A stretch of 64,000 nt of DNA, taken from an uncultured Pseudomonadales bacterium (lineage in GTDB: Bacteria > Patescibacteriota > Microgenomatia > UBA1400 > Chazhemtobacteraceae). The stretch lies in assembly GCA_964422035.1 (NCBI GenBank), contig CAYQZQ010000001.1, positions 651,786 to 715,785 of the forward strand. The letters run 5' to 3'. Shown one piece after another: positions 1 through 9,670 of the stretch. The stretch's first letter is position 1; each line of letters starts with the position of its first letter. The translations under genes were made by a program, and so were the position numbers. Below the pieces are notes generated by a model. The model was given only the letters and a program-made list of their open reading frames with translations. It ran no database searches and was not told the DNA's origin.

Positions 1-629
1 TGAGGGATGGGAAGATCAGAAGAGAAAGGGGTTTGCTGGCCTTGTTTTGAGGGTTGAGGAGAGGAGGAAGAAGGACTGGTTTGAGGAGAAGGGGGCTGTT
101 TTGGAGGTTCGGGTTGTTGTTTTTCTGGGGGAGTTGGTTCTGGGGCAGGAGTGGGAGGAGGGGTTTTAGGAGAGTGGCGTTTATTAGTTTTGGCTTTTGT
201 TTTCTTGGGAGCAGCCTTTTTTTGGGTGACTTGAAAGGAGGAAAGAGGAGGAGAGGTTGGTTGTGAGTCAGTTTTTTGTTTGGATTGATTTTTAGGTTTG
301 GAAGGGGCGGGAGAGGAGTCTTTGGGTTGCTGTGGTTGTTGTTTTTGCCAGGTGTAGATGGTGGGAGAGTAGATGGATTTGAAGAAAGCAATGATCCATT
401 GACTTAGGGGTCGACCTTGGACAGGAAGGAAGGCAAGGGCAGCGCCCAGGGAGGCGAAGAAAATTATAAGTGGCCATTTGAAAAGGGCAGGAATAGGAAG
501 GGAGAAGGCGATAACGGCAAGAATACCTCCAGCGGCCAGTTGAAGAAACTGCTTTAGAGTCATGTCGCCGATGAGGCGAAATTGATACTGTGTTACGTTT
601 TGAGGAATAGGATGCTGTTGGACGGGCAT
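1..629 (-). CDS. PrgI-family (VirB3-like) membrane protein, 3' end runs off the window
   Basis: Not in the ORF track. Own translation from ATG at 629 gives MPVQQHPIPQNVTQYQFRLIGDMTLKQFLQLAAGG, two TM segments, GRPL, then a Pro/Gln-rich tail. This matches the PrgI pattern. TATACT lies 6 nt upstream. Confidence 0.8.
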   Translation of the reverse strand, partial: MPVQQHPIPQNVTQYQFRLIGDMTLKQFLQLAAGGILAVIAFSLPIPALFKWPLIIFFASLGAALAFLPVQGRPLSQWIIAFFKSIYSPTIYTWQKQQPQQPKDSSPAPSKPKNQSKQKTDSQPTSPPLSSFQVTQKKAAPKKTKAKTNKRHSPKTPPPTPAPEPTPPEKQQPEPPKQPPSPQTSPSSSSPQPSKQGQQTPFSSDLPIP

Positions 630-736
630 GTTCTTAGTATACAATGAGAGGTCTATTTTGTGGTTGGGGAAATAAAGGTTTGTTTTACAAGAAGGTGATG
701 GTAAAATTAGGTTTAAATTAGCAACTAGAGATTTAT

Positions 737-2965
737 ATGGCAGAAGGTGAACCAATTTCTGGGATCGGGCCAAGTAGTATAAGTCGTGGTCCTGGCCATA
801 AAATGGAGAAAATTTCTCAGCCAACCAGTCAGGCTGAAGTGCCTGATATTAGAATGCAAAGAGATGAAGAAGAGGAGGTTGTTAGTGGTCGGGAAAAGCT
901 TGACGAGGAAAGAGAGATGTGGGAAGAGTTTGAAGAGGGTTATGGGAATAGAAATGAGATGAGGATGCCGGTAGTAACAGTTGAATTGGAAAAACCTGCT
1001 GAGGAGTTTAGTGCAAAAAAGTTTAAAAGGGCAGTACAAAAGGAGTTTTCATCTTGGGTAGATGGCTTAATTGCTAAAACTGGATCGGGGATGTCTGACA
1101 GGCCGGATCATATTAGATTAGGAAGGATGATGGATAGTATGAAAAATGCAGTTGATAGTTTAGAGATAAGAAGAAGCTTGGCAGAAGAGGGAGAGAAGGA
1201 AGTAGTAAGAAAACAGGAAAGTTTTGAAGAGATAAAGAAGAGGTTAATGAAAGAAGAAAAATTTACAGAAGAAGATTTTGAAGAAATGGGGAGAGGAGAG
1301 ATATTAAAAGTAACAAGAGCGAAGAAAGAGATGAAAGAGATTGAGTTTGGTGATAAAGAAAAGGAAAAACTGGAAGCGATTGAGGAAGCCTTGGAGTGGT
1401 CGGGAGCTATGGATGAGTTTATGTGGGGAGTTTATACTCATTGGGGGAGTTTAGGATGGTCAAGAGAATACTGGGCCAATGTCATCATGAATAGAGACAA
1501 AAGAGTGGTTAGATTGAAAGAGTTGTCCAAAATCAGAGAGATAGGACCGGTTAAGGAGGGTGAAATGCCAGTTGAGGAGTATTGGGACAAGGCGCAAAGA
1601 ATGATTATTGCAACAGCTTTGGTATCGATGGAGGCTGGTGAATCGGAAAATGAGAATATCCAAAAAGATTATGAGGTGGTTCCAAAAGATGTGGTGAAGT
1701 TGATAGGAGATGTTTTGACTGAAGAAGTGTCAGATTACTCGATAGACGAAGATTCCGGTGAAGAATCTGTGAAAGCGACACGCACAGTATTGAATATATT
1801 AAATATTGATCCAAAAAGTGATTTATTTGGCAAGACAAGTAAATTTATAAAAGCTTGTAGCTGGGTTGATGCGTGGGGCAGACTGAAAGAAGGAGGTAAA
1901 TACGAAGAAGTTAAAAGCGAAGTTGGTGATTGGATGAGTAAGATGGAGAAGGCGGAGAAAAGCGGTGAAGTGTCTTTTGGTTTGGATTTTGCGTTTAAGT
2001 TAGCTTTGGCTGACATTCATTTTGCAGGAATTGATACTAAATATGGGTGGAGCATGAAAGAAGAGATGAAATTAAAGAAGGAAGAGGGTGGAGATTGGAA
2101 GGTAAAAATAGGTAAAGATTGGAAAAAAACTGGAGAAGTAAAAGAAGGAGAGCAATTGTTTAAGAAAAAATATGATATGGGAGGATGGCCACAAGGAAAT
2201 GATGCCAATTATTTGGTGTGGTCAGGAGCAAGATTGAAAGAGGATGGGGGTCGTGACTGGCCGATAGGGCCTAATGTTCTTATGAGTGAAGAGGATGTTG
2301 AAAGAGCGGATGATCCAAGGCTTGAGACTGTGTTTCCCAATGGAATGATTCCTAACTTTTATGAGAAAGTCAAGCTGATGGTGAAAGTGGGAGTAGAAAA
2401 TTTAGATGTAGAGGAGATGTCTGATCGAGTAAAATCTACACTGGAGAATATTGGGAACATTGGAGAAGAGAAAACTTTTTGGGAGTTGTGGTGGAGAGAA
2501 GAAAATAGACATTATCAATTACCTTGGACAGGAGAAAGTGAAAGAGAAATGAAGGTATTGAGGGTTCCAAGAGATAACGAGCATAGTAAATGGTATGTGA
2601 CCTTGTTAATGGCTAATAGAGTGTTTGAAGCAGCTATCAATGATGATGTTAGGGAATTTCAAGAGCTGGTGTCTGTTGATAAGATGAAAAAGTTGATTAA
2701 AAATGCTGATATTGCTTTTGGGGTTGGTTCTGATAAAGCAAAAAGAATGGTGGTGGGAGTTTTGGCAGCACAGTCTTTATTGTTTAGTGGTTTATCGGAC
2801 CAACTGATTAGTAAAGATCAGAGAGAACAGGCTGTTAAGATGAAGGCAAAAAGCGATATAGGAAATAAGATCAGGTACTTATTAGATGAGGGCAAGCGAA
2901 GAGGGAAGTGGAGTAGTTTATACAATCAAATTATTGAGGAGGGTAAGATTGTCTGGAGAGATTAA
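737..2965 (+). CDS. Hypothetical protein (742 aa, E/K-rich, no TM or signal peptide)
   Basis: Long ORF with + strand codon style; no recognisable motif. Confidence 0.75.
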   Translation: MAEGEPISGIGPSSISRGPGHKMEKISQPTSQAEVPDIRMQRDEEEEVVSGREKLDEEREMWEEFEEGYGNRNEMRMPVVTVELEKPAEEFSAKKFKRAVQKEFSSWVDGLIAKTGSGMSDRPDHIRLGRMMDSMKNAVDSLEIRRSLAEEGEKEVVRKQESFEEIKKRLMKEEKFTEEDFEEMGRGEILKVTRAKKEMKEIEFGDKEKEKLEAIEEALEWSGAMDEFMWGVYTHWGSLGWSREYWANVIMNRDKRVVRLKELSKIREIGPVKEGEMPVEEYWDKAQRMIIATALVSMEAGESENENIQKDYEVVPKDVVKLIGDVLTEEVSDYSIDEDSGEESVKATRTVLNILNIDPKSDLFGKTSKFIKACSWVDAWGRLKEGGKYEEVKSEVGDWMSKMEKAEKSGEVSFGLDFAFKLALADIHFAGIDTKYGWSMKEEMKLKKEEGGDWKVKIGKDWKKTGEVKEGEQLFKKKYDMGGWPQGNDANYLVWSGARLKEDGGRDWPIGPNVLMSEEDVERADDPRLETVFPNGMIPNFYEKVKLMVKVGVENLDVEEMSDRVKSTLENIGNIGEEKTFWELWWREENRHYQLPWTGESEREMKVLRVPRDNEHSKWYVTLLMANRVFEAAINDDVREFQELVSVDKMKKLIKNADIAFGVGSDKAKRMVVGVLAAQSLLFSGLSDQLISKDQREQAVKMKAKSDIGNKIRYLLDEGKRRGKWSSLYNQIIEEGKIVWRD

Positions 2966-2986
2966 TTAAAGAGAGCGAGTTTTTGA

Positions 2987-4684
2987 TTATGTGTTTGGTC
3001 TATTTCGACCTGTGGTGTTATCAATAAATTCATTGACAGTTGAGATGTTGGTTTCTTGACTTTGTATTTTTTTACCCATTTGTTTTATAAATTCTGGGGC
3101 ATTTGGATTTCTCATAACTGTGCCTAGTGAAGTTATTCCACGTCGAGTCATATCAAAGCTTGTTCCCAGTTCTCTTCCTAAATCAGAACCATATTTAAAT
3201 GGCTCTACTTGGAAGGCTTCCTTGATCATATCTACATATTTGGGAGCCATAAAGAGAAGTCCAAGACCTACTAGTGCTACCATGCCACTGGCACCAGCGC
3301 CTTGGTAGGGGAAAAGTACGGGAACACGAGGTGCGGCTGAAGCTTGCAGAAGCCCCTGTGTAATGTTTTCGTACTTAAAATAAAGAGGTTGAACCATGAA
3401 AAGATAGGAAAATAAGAGGAGAAATGATGTGGCTGGAAAAACAATAAGATTGGCAAAAGTGTTTCTTAGCCAGTTGCCGACTGAGTTGGAACCGGGAAAA
3501 ACGTTGCCAAGAAGGATAAGTGGGGCAAAGATCAGATTAATAATGACGGTTATATAGGCACCTATTAGTTTAAAGAATAGTTTTCCATAGGAAATTAATG
3601 TAGCGATTAGGAGAATGGCTCCGACTATTATAGTTGGGATACCACCAACGAAAATTATAGATAAGGCGTTTGCTACGCCCCAAAAGATGCCTGTAATACC
3701 TGCTGGGAGGCCGGTAATGGCTCCGATTGCACCTGGAATACCAGATACGAAGGCAATAAATGTGTTGAAAAATCCACTTAAAATAAGACCAGCCCGACCA
3801 GAAGCAACATTGGCAAGAATATTTCCATATTCAGCGACCGGTCCAGTTTGAATTACATTGAAAGTTTCGAGGGCGCTAAAGCCGAGGAAGAAAAGAAGCC
3901 AGACTAAATCAAACATAAGCCCGATTATGGCGTAAGAAAAGGTGATCAAAAATAGAGTGAATATTAGTTTAGGTAAAGCCTGTTGAATGTTGACTGATGT
4001 TTGAGGATTTATCTTGACGCGGAACATGATCATAAAACCATAAACGAGGAAAAGAAGAACAAAGATCATATAGGCAATATTTCGAAAAGCGCGCCAAATT
4101 GGCAAAAAGCCTTGTAAGCTGGAAAAACCGTATCCACCACTATTGTCCTCTTGAGCATATGAAGGTTGAACAATTTTATGTTTTGCCATGTTGTCTTTAA
4201 CGCTGGCGACGTATTGATAAGTTTGGGCGGGGGGGTTTTTGAAAGGAGAAGATACTAATTGACCTAAGCTGGAAAGGAGGCTGTTATTGGAAGTGGATTG
4301 GTTAACTGCTTGATTGGTGATGTCGATTGTTGCTAGAAGACTCAGAGGCTGGTTTTGCCCTTGTTTTTTTTCATTGAATTTTTTGAATAATTCATCAAAA
4401 ATTGCTTCTCCGGTTTTTTCTTGTTCGCCGATCATAAATTCTAAGGCGTGGAGAATGATGATGTCTCCGAAACCGGTGCCTTCGCCTGTGAATGTGTTGT
4501 TGGTCCCACATTTACCGGCATACCAAGTTTCAAGGTTCATGGTGTCTCCTTGTCTTTTTTCACAGAAATCGTAGAGAGCGTCGTTTAAGGCTTCATTATT
4601 CTTTGCAGCAGCGACAGGATGGGGGAGAAAGGCTGAGGATATGAAAATTAGAGTGGTAAAAAAGATAATGAATTTTTTGCTCAT
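2987..4684 (-). CDS. VirB6/TrbL-like polytopic membrane protein of the conjugation-like locus
   Basis: Signal peptide, then WRAFRNIAY...GFMIMFR...LPKLIFTLFLITFSYAIIGLMFD and many TM helices; lies beside PrgI and pilins. Confidence 0.65.
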   Translation of the reverse strand: MSKKFIIFFTTLIFISSAFLPHPVAAAKNNEALNDALYDFCEKRQGDTMNLETWYAGKCGTNNTFTGEGTGFGDIIILHALEFMIGEQEKTGEAIFDELFKKFNEKKQGQNQPLSLLATIDITNQAVNQSTSNNSLLSSLGQLVSSPFKNPPAQTYQYVASVKDNMAKHKIVQPSYAQEDNSGGYGFSSLQGFLPIWRAFRNIAYMIFVLLFLVYGFMIMFRVKINPQTSVNIQQALPKLIFTLFLITFSYAIIGLMFDLVWLLFFLGFSALETFNVIQTGPVAEYGNILANVASGRAGLILSGFFNTFIAFVSGIPGAIGAITGLPAGITGIFWGVANALSIIFVGGIPTIIVGAILLIATLISYGKLFFKLIGAYITVIINLIFAPLILLGNVFPGSNSVGNWLRNTFANLIVFPATSFLLLFSYLFMVQPLYFKYENITQGLLQASAAPRVPVLFPYQGAGASGMVALVGLGLLFMAPKYVDMIKEAFQVEPFKYGSDLGRELGTSFDMTRRGITSLGTVMRNPNAPEFIKQMGKKIQSQETNISTVNEFIDNTTGRNRPNT

Positions 4685-4731
4685 TGATTTGATTATATCA
4701 ACCTGAGTTAGTAATGGAAACTTGGATTTTG

Positions 4732-7113
4732 TTAATTGCCGATGTAATTTAAGTTTTGGTCGTAGTTGTTGTTAAACCAGATGCCGTATTCACAGTAGTT
4801 TTGGTTTCCCAGGCGAGCGTAGCTGACGCCTTCCTTGCAGGCGGCGCTGTTAAAGCTTGTGATGGCGGCTCGCATAACAGCGTCACTGTAAGGTTTTTTT
4901 TGGCTGACATTTAGAGAAACCATTTTGGCTACGGCATAGGCGGAGTCAACCATGGAGCAGATATTGGTTTCTTGTGAAGAGTTGTGGCATTCATTGTAGG
5001 CGTTGCCGTAGTTGGCACCTCCTGACCAGATGTCTAGATTTTCAGCTGCAGGATTGGGGCATTTATTGGGGAGGAAGCAGTAGGGGTGTTCTGGGTCTCT
5101 TTGGTTTCTTTGAGAGACGGTCTCGCCAATTGAGCCGTCTTTGTTATGTAGGAACTGGAAAGGCCCCCAGGAGCCGCAGCCGTCTCCGGATGGAGCGCAA
5201 TAAGCTTCTGTTTGGCGGTCAAAGTTGTTGGAATATAAGTCGCCCACCTCAACGGTGGAGATGGCGGCGATTACTTTGGGTGAGATGCCAAAGCAGGCGG
5301 CAGCTTGTTGGAAAAGTTGCTTGGCTTGAGAGCTGAACTGGACAGGGTTTTGATAGACGTCTGCCCGAACTGAGAAAGGGGAAGTGTTTTTATATTGCGA
5401 ACAGGATTGGGCGACACCTTGAGAGCTGATGCGGGCATAAGGATCAGAGCAGTCTAAGGTTGAGTCTTGTTGACCGGATGGAATAAGCCACTGATTGCGA
5501 AGCTGGCATAGATCAACATGGGACTGACCGGCTTGTCTGGGGACAGGAGAGGAGTTGTCATTGGTGTTGGTGGTGGTGATGACGACTTCATCTTCTGAAT
5601 CAAAGAAAGAGATAGGAGCTTCGATGCGGGTGTCTTTCTGAGATGAAGGTGTGAAGCTGGGAGTAAATATTTGATAAAGAGAGGAGGAGTTTTGATTAAG
5701 AGAAGAAAGAGAGGTGTTGATGTTTGATTGGGCGGGGTTGTTGGCGATGACGATTGGTTTTCCGGTGACGGTTGCAAGACCTTTAATCTTCCAAGTGGAA
5801 GAGGTTCGTATGGCAATTGGAGTTGTAAGGGGAGTGAGGGTAGGTTTGATGTATCGATAGGAAATATGACGGGTAATTTGGACGGGAACGATGACTGTCT
5901 GGGAGAAAGAAGGGGCGAGGGCTAGGTGTTGAGGGTTGGTTAGAGGAGAGGGAAGATAGATGGCGTCAATGATGTTGTCACATTGGTTTCTATCAAATTC
6001 ACCTGAAGTGATCTGTTCTTGTAGTTGGGTAAGAAAACTGGGAATGGATTGTTGTTCTTGGGATTGGTTGATGAAGCGATCATTTGTAAGAGAGCCTTCC
6101 CGTTGGTTGTTGATCCATTGAGGAGAGTAGAGGTTGACTAGACCGGTTTGGGGGTTAGTTAAACCTTCATCTAAGGCAGCTAGGTAGGGTAGATTTTCGC
6201 CATAGACGGAAGAGATAAAGGAAAAGCTTTGGCTTAGTTGAGCTAAGTAGCCGCGGTAGTTGTCAAAGGGTAAAGGTAAGAGAGCATCGTAGGCAGCCTT
6301 GGTGTCAGGTTTGAGGGTGTTGTAGGCTTTGGTGTAATTGCAAAATCTTATCTCGATGTGTTTTTTGAAGAAGGGAATATTAAAGTCAATAGAGGGGTCA
6401 ACAACTAATAAACAACGAGATTGATTGGCTAGTTCTATGGCTAAACGTTTTATGTCTTTGGTTTGTTGATTGCCGTCTTTGTCAAAGTATTGGATTTGGT
6501 AGTTTTGATAGATCTCTTCTTCTCCACCAGGAAGTAAAGTTCTTATATCAGGATAGTCTTCGTTCTGGCGGATAAAGGCGGCTTTGGCTTTGGCTTGTTG
6601 CTGGAAGGTGGTAGTGCGCCAGTAGGTGCGATAGGCTTCTTTAGGGAGAGGTGAGTCGGTGGCAGGATAGTAGGTGTTGGGCTGGTCAAAAAGAGCTTGA
6701 AAAGGGTATATTTGGGCATTGCGGTCAGGAGAGGATTGATGAATGATTTGAGCGTTGGCTCCAAAACCACCTAGTTGGGCGCGGTCCATATTAGCGTAGA
6801 TTTCAGTGGTCAATTCACCGTTAGTTTGGTACTTGGTGCAATTGCCGTATTGGTCGGTTTCTACACAAGGCAGAGATGAGTAGGAGAGATTTAGGGGTTC
6901 TTTGTCACTTTCAAAGTTAACATTGACTTTGGGGCTGGAGGTACAGGTTAACTGATAATCATCGAGGTCTTGATGGATAAGATCGGTTTCGGTTTCGCAG
7001 TCTTCGGTGGGGCGGTAGGGATTTTGTCCGGCAGGACAAGGGGCAGCCAGAGTAGGAGAAGATAAAAGAAGGGTAAAAAAAAGTAGGGGTAGAATTTTAA
7101 GCAAACGCTTCAT
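4732..7113 (-). CDS. Large secreted protein with C-terminal lysozyme-like/lytic transglycosylase domain (VirB1-like role)
   Basis: Start re-called to ATG at 7113 (MKRLLKILPLL signal peptide; TACAAT 6 nt upstream). C-terminal AAACFGISPKVIAAISTVE...GSWGPFQF resembles SLT motifs I/II with a catalytic Glu. Confidence 0.65.
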   Translation of the reverse strand: MKRLLKILPLLFFTLLLSSPTLAAPCPAGQNPYRPTEDCETETDLIHQDLDDYQLTCTSSPKVNVNFESDKEPLNLSYSSLPCVETDQYGNCTKYQTNGELTTEIYANMDRAQLGGFGANAQIIHQSSPDRNAQIYPFQALFDQPNTYYPATDSPLPKEAYRTYWRTTTFQQQAKAKAAFIRQNEDYPDIRTLLPGGEEEIYQNYQIQYFDKDGNQQTKDIKRLAIELANQSRCLLVVDPSIDFNIPFFKKHIEIRFCNYTKAYNTLKPDTKAAYDALLPLPFDNYRGYLAQLSQSFSFISSVYGENLPYLAALDEGLTNPQTGLVNLYSPQWINNQREGSLTNDRFINQSQEQQSIPSFLTQLQEQITSGEFDRNQCDNIIDAIYLPSPLTNPQHLALAPSFSQTVIVPVQITRHISYRYIKPTLTPLTTPIAIRTSSTWKIKGLATVTGKPIVIANNPAQSNINTSLSSLNQNSSSLYQIFTPSFTPSSQKDTRIEAPISFFDSEDEVVITTTNTNDNSSPVPRQAGQSHVDLCQLRNQWLIPSGQQDSTLDCSDPYARISSQGVAQSCSQYKNTSPFSVRADVYQNPVQFSSQAKQLFQQAAACFGISPKVIAAISTVEVGDLYSNNFDRQTEAYCAPSGDGCGSWGPFQFLHNKDGSIGETVSQRNQRDPEHPYCFLPNKCPNPAAENLDIWSGGANYGNAYNECHNSSQETNICSMVDSAYAVAKMVSLNVSQKKPYSDAVMRAAITSFNSAACKEGVSYARLGNQNYCEYGIWFNNNYDQNLNYIGN

Positions 7114-7138
7114 GAGGATATTGTAGCAATAAGAAGGG

Positions 7139-7492
7139 TTATGGAGTGAGATTGATCTGGGTGACGGGAGCACCAGTGAACTGTTCGATAAGATAAAGGA
7201 CAAACCAAGCGAGAGCAAGACCGGCGATACCGATGATGGCGTAGGTGAGAGCTTTGTAAGCGCCTTGAACTTGTTTGGGGTCGTCGCCGGCCATGATAAG
7301 TCTGGCTCCGGCGAAGAGGATAACACCAAAGGCGACAAGAATGAGTAGGGGAGAAAGAATGCTGATGATGTTTAGAAGAACGCACTTGATGCCGGTGATG
7401 GTGGGAATGATTTCTCCGTCGACTTGTTGAGCGCATCCTTGATTAACCCACTGGTTGGCTTCAATTTTAGCGGCGTGTGCGGTTAGATTCAT
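7139..7492 (-). CDS. TrbC/VirB2-type pilin
   Basis: Two hydrophobic helices around the AGDDPKQVQGAYKALTYAIIG loop. Confidence 0.8.
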   Translation of the reverse strand: MNLTAHAAKIEANQWVNQGCAQQVDGEIIPTITGIKCVLLNIISILSPLLILVAFGVILFAGARLIMAGDDPKQVQGAYKALTYAIIGIAGLALAWFVLYLIEQFTGAPVTQINLTP

Positions 7493-7515
7493 ATGTGTAA
7501 TTATAAACTAATAAC

Positions 7516-7552
7516 AAAAACCCTCTGGAGTAGAGGGTTTTTGCTTTATTTT
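7516..7552. terminator. Intrinsic terminator hairpin, probably bidirectional
   Basis: AAAAACCCTCT-ggagt-AGAGGGTTTTT, downstream of pilin 7567-7896. Confidence 0.8.
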
Positions 7553-7566
7553 TTGCTTTATGATGC

Positions 7567-7896
7567 TTATTTTAGGGAAGGAAGAGAAAGCTCGGAGATT
7601 GATTGACCGAAGAGGAAGGTGGTGATTAGGTTAATCAAAGCGTAAGCAGCAGCGATGACGATTAACCCAATGACTGCATTGGTAATTTTCTTTTGTGCTT
7701 CTTCAGTTTTGGCTTTATCGCCACCTGAAGTAATCCATTGAAAACCGCCCAGGATTAAAAAGATGAAAGCAGCTAGAGCACCGAGAACAATAGAGGCGTT
7801 AACCAAACCTTGAAGTAAGGTTCCGATATTGCTAATGGCGTAACTTGGTTCGGGGACTCCGACTGATTCGGCAAATGCTTTTTTGATTATTTGCAT
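7567..7896 (-). CDS. TrbC/VirB2-type pilin (candidate major pilin)
   Basis: GGFQWITSGGDKAKTEEAQKKITNAVIGL loop; has its own upstream TATAAT and a downstream terminator. Confidence 0.85.
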   Translation of the reverse strand: MQIIKKAFAESVGVPEPSYAISNIGTLLQGLVNASIVLGALAAFIFLILGGFQWITSGGDKAKTEEAQKKITNAVIGLIVIAAAYALINLITTFLFGQSISELSLPSLK

Positions 7897-7957
7897 GTTG
7901 ATGTGTATTTAGTAATTGTTAATGAAATTATACTTAGCTTAAAAGATAACTGTCAAA

Positions 7958-8254
7958 TTAAGAAGTAGGTAGGGCTTGGTCTAGACCTAAGAAGTTTTTG
8001 ATAAGAACAAAAACTGCGTAAGAGGCGACGACGATGATAAGACCGGTTAAACCATTGGTAATTTGCTTTTGAGCTTGTTCAACTTTAGCTTTGTCTCCAC
8101 CTGAGGTAATCCACTGAAGGCCGCCTAAGATAAAGTAAATGAGGGCAGCCAGAGCGGCGATGATGATAAGGGCATTGATTAGGCTGCTGATTAGAGTACC
8201 TACGTCTTGAAAGGCGAAAAAGCCTTGAGTTTGGGTTTTAAGATTTGATTGCAT
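7958..8254 (-). CDS. TrbC/VirB2-type pilin
   Basis: GGLQWITSGGDKAKVEQAQKQITNGLTG; start re-called to ATG 8254, just after the upstream stop. Confidence 0.85.
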   Translation of the reverse strand: MQSNLKTQTQGFFAFQDVGTLISSLINALIIIAALAALIYFILGGLQWITSGGDKAKVEQAQKQITNGLTGLIIVVASYAVFVLIKNFLGLDQALPTS

Positions 8255-8761
8255 ATTAGAAGTTCCAGTCAATATTTAGTAAATCAATTTTTAAGAATTC
8301 ACTGATAAGGCTGACAATGGCAAAGGAGGCGACTAGAATGATAAGGCCGGTTAAAGCATTGGTAATTTGCTTTTGAGCTTGTTCAACTTTAGCCTTGTCT
8401 CCACCTGAAGTAATCCACTGGAGACCTCCTATAATAAAGTAGATTAGAAAGGCTAGGCCGCCGACGATGACTAGCGCTTTCCAGATTTGACCAATATAAA
8501 AGGCAAGGCCGGCTCCGGCCTGTGAGGGGGTAGTGAATTGGTTAAGGACAGGGTTTTTGATGGCGGCGTGTGTTTGGGGTACTATTTTCATGAAAGGTCC
8601 AGTAATTTTAATGGTTCAAGGAGTTGAATGTCGAGAATGTTGCCGATGATGGCGATGGCAAAGTAGGCTACAAGGACGATGACAAGGCCGGTTAAACCAT
8701 TGGTAATCTGCTTTTGAGCTTGTTCAACTTTAGCTTTGTCTCCACCTGAGGTGATCCATTG
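8043..8761. repeat. Three 74-bp near-identical direct repeats inside consecutive pilin genes (8043-8116, 8347-8420, 8688-8761)
   Basis: ccggttaaaccattggtaatttgcttttgagcttgttcaactttagctttgtctccacctgaggtaatccactg; copies 2 and 3 each differ from copy 1 at 3 of 74 positions. Confidence 0.95.
8256..8591 (-). CDS. TrbC/VirB2-type pilin
   Basis: Same conserved loop, two TM helices. Confidence 0.85.
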   Translation of the reverse strand: MKIVPQTHAAIKNPVLNQFTTPSQAGAGLAFYIGQIWKALVIVGGLAFLIYFIIGGLQWITSGGDKAKVEQAQKQITNALTGLIILVASFAIVSLISEFLKIDLLNIDWNF

Positions 8762-8941
8762 AAGAGCTCCGATGAGGAAGTAGAGGATGAAGGCGAGTCC
8801 GGCGGTGACGGTAAGGAAACCTATTACTGTTGAAAATAAATTTTCAAAAAGGGCTGGGTCTTGAGGATCTTGCATGTATTTGCCGGGGCCGGTGATGTTA
8901 CCCAGGTCAATCTGGGCGTAGGCTTGGGGTATTATTTTCAT
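8588..8941 (-). CDS. TrbC/VirB2-type pilin
   Basis: Same conserved loop; ATGA overlap with the downstream pilin. Confidence 0.85.
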   Translation of the reverse strand: MKIIPQAYAQIDLGNITGPGKYMQDPQDPALFENLFSTVIGFLTVTAGLAFILYFLIGALQWITSGGDKAKVEQAQKQITNGLTGLVIVLVAYFAIAIIGNILDIQLLEPLKLLDLS

Positions 8942-8943
8942 GA

Positions 8944-9297
8944 TTAGTTAACGGTTTGTAATTGAGGGCTTAGGATGTAGGTGTAGCTGCCGAAAAGAAG
9001 TTTGCTGATTATGGCGGTGACGATAAAGACAGCTACCATGACAAGTAAACCAATGAGAGCATTGGTGATTTGTTGTTGGGCGGAGCGGACTTTGTCCTGA
9101 TCGCCAGCGGCGGTGATGATAGAGAAACCTCCTAAAAGCATTTGGATTAAAGCAAAGAGACCGGCGGCTACAAAGATAACTCTAATTAAAGTTGAGAGAA
9201 AGCTGCCAAGGTCGCTGGTTTCAGTAACGACTGAAGGAGGAGGGGTGAGTTTGCCGACAACATCTTTGGCATAAGTTTTTGAGATTAGACTTAACAT
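8944..9297 (-). CDS. TrbC/VirB2-type pilin
   Basis: GGFSIITAAGDQDKVRSAQQQITNALIGL. Confidence 0.85.
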   Translation of the reverse strand: MLSLISKTYAKDVVGKLTPPPSVVTETSDLGSFLSTLIRVIFVAAGLFALIQMLLGGFSIITAAGDQDKVRSAQQQITNALIGLLVMVAVFIVTAIISKLLFGSYTYILSPQLQTVN

Positions 9298-9298
9298 A

Positions 9299-9634
9299 TT
9301 AAAAGATTGGCAAACCGCCGACGTTAAATAATATTCGAGTTATCCAGAAAGCGATAACTGCCAGGGCTAGCCCTAGTAAGGAAAATAGTAACATATTAGA
9401 AGCTTTTTGTGTTTCTTTGGGGTTGCCCCCAGCGATTATGTAACGGAAACCGGCTATAAGAGAGGAGATGAAAGCAGCAAGACCGGCTACAATGGTGATG
9501 TTTTGAATAATGGGGCTTAAGATACTGGAAAAAGTTGGGTTACTACCTAAAGATTTGCTGGGAGTAAAGGCGTCACCTAGATCAGTGGCAGCGTAAACTA
9601 GCGGTGCGGTCAAAAGTTTGCCTGTGAGTTTCAT
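9299..9634 (-). CDS. TrbC/VirB2-type pilin
   Basis: AGFRYIIAGGNPKETQKASNMLLFSLLGL. Confidence 0.8.
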   Translation of the reverse strand: MKLTGKLLTAPLVYAATDLGDAFTPSKSLGSNPTFSSILSPIIQNITIVAGLAAFISSLIAGFRYIIAGGNPKETQKASNMLLFSLLGLALAVIAFWITRILFNVGGLPIF

Positions 9635-9670
9635 GTAAACAAATTATAACAGGTAGGTATAATAAAGGCC
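9635..9670. promoter_or_regulatory. Back-to-back -10 boxes (divergent, probably leaderless promoters)
   Basis: ATTATA at 9643-9648 (TATAAT on -, 8 nt from the pilin ATG) and TATAAT at 9658-9663 (7 nt from the idsA ATG). Confidence 0.7.
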
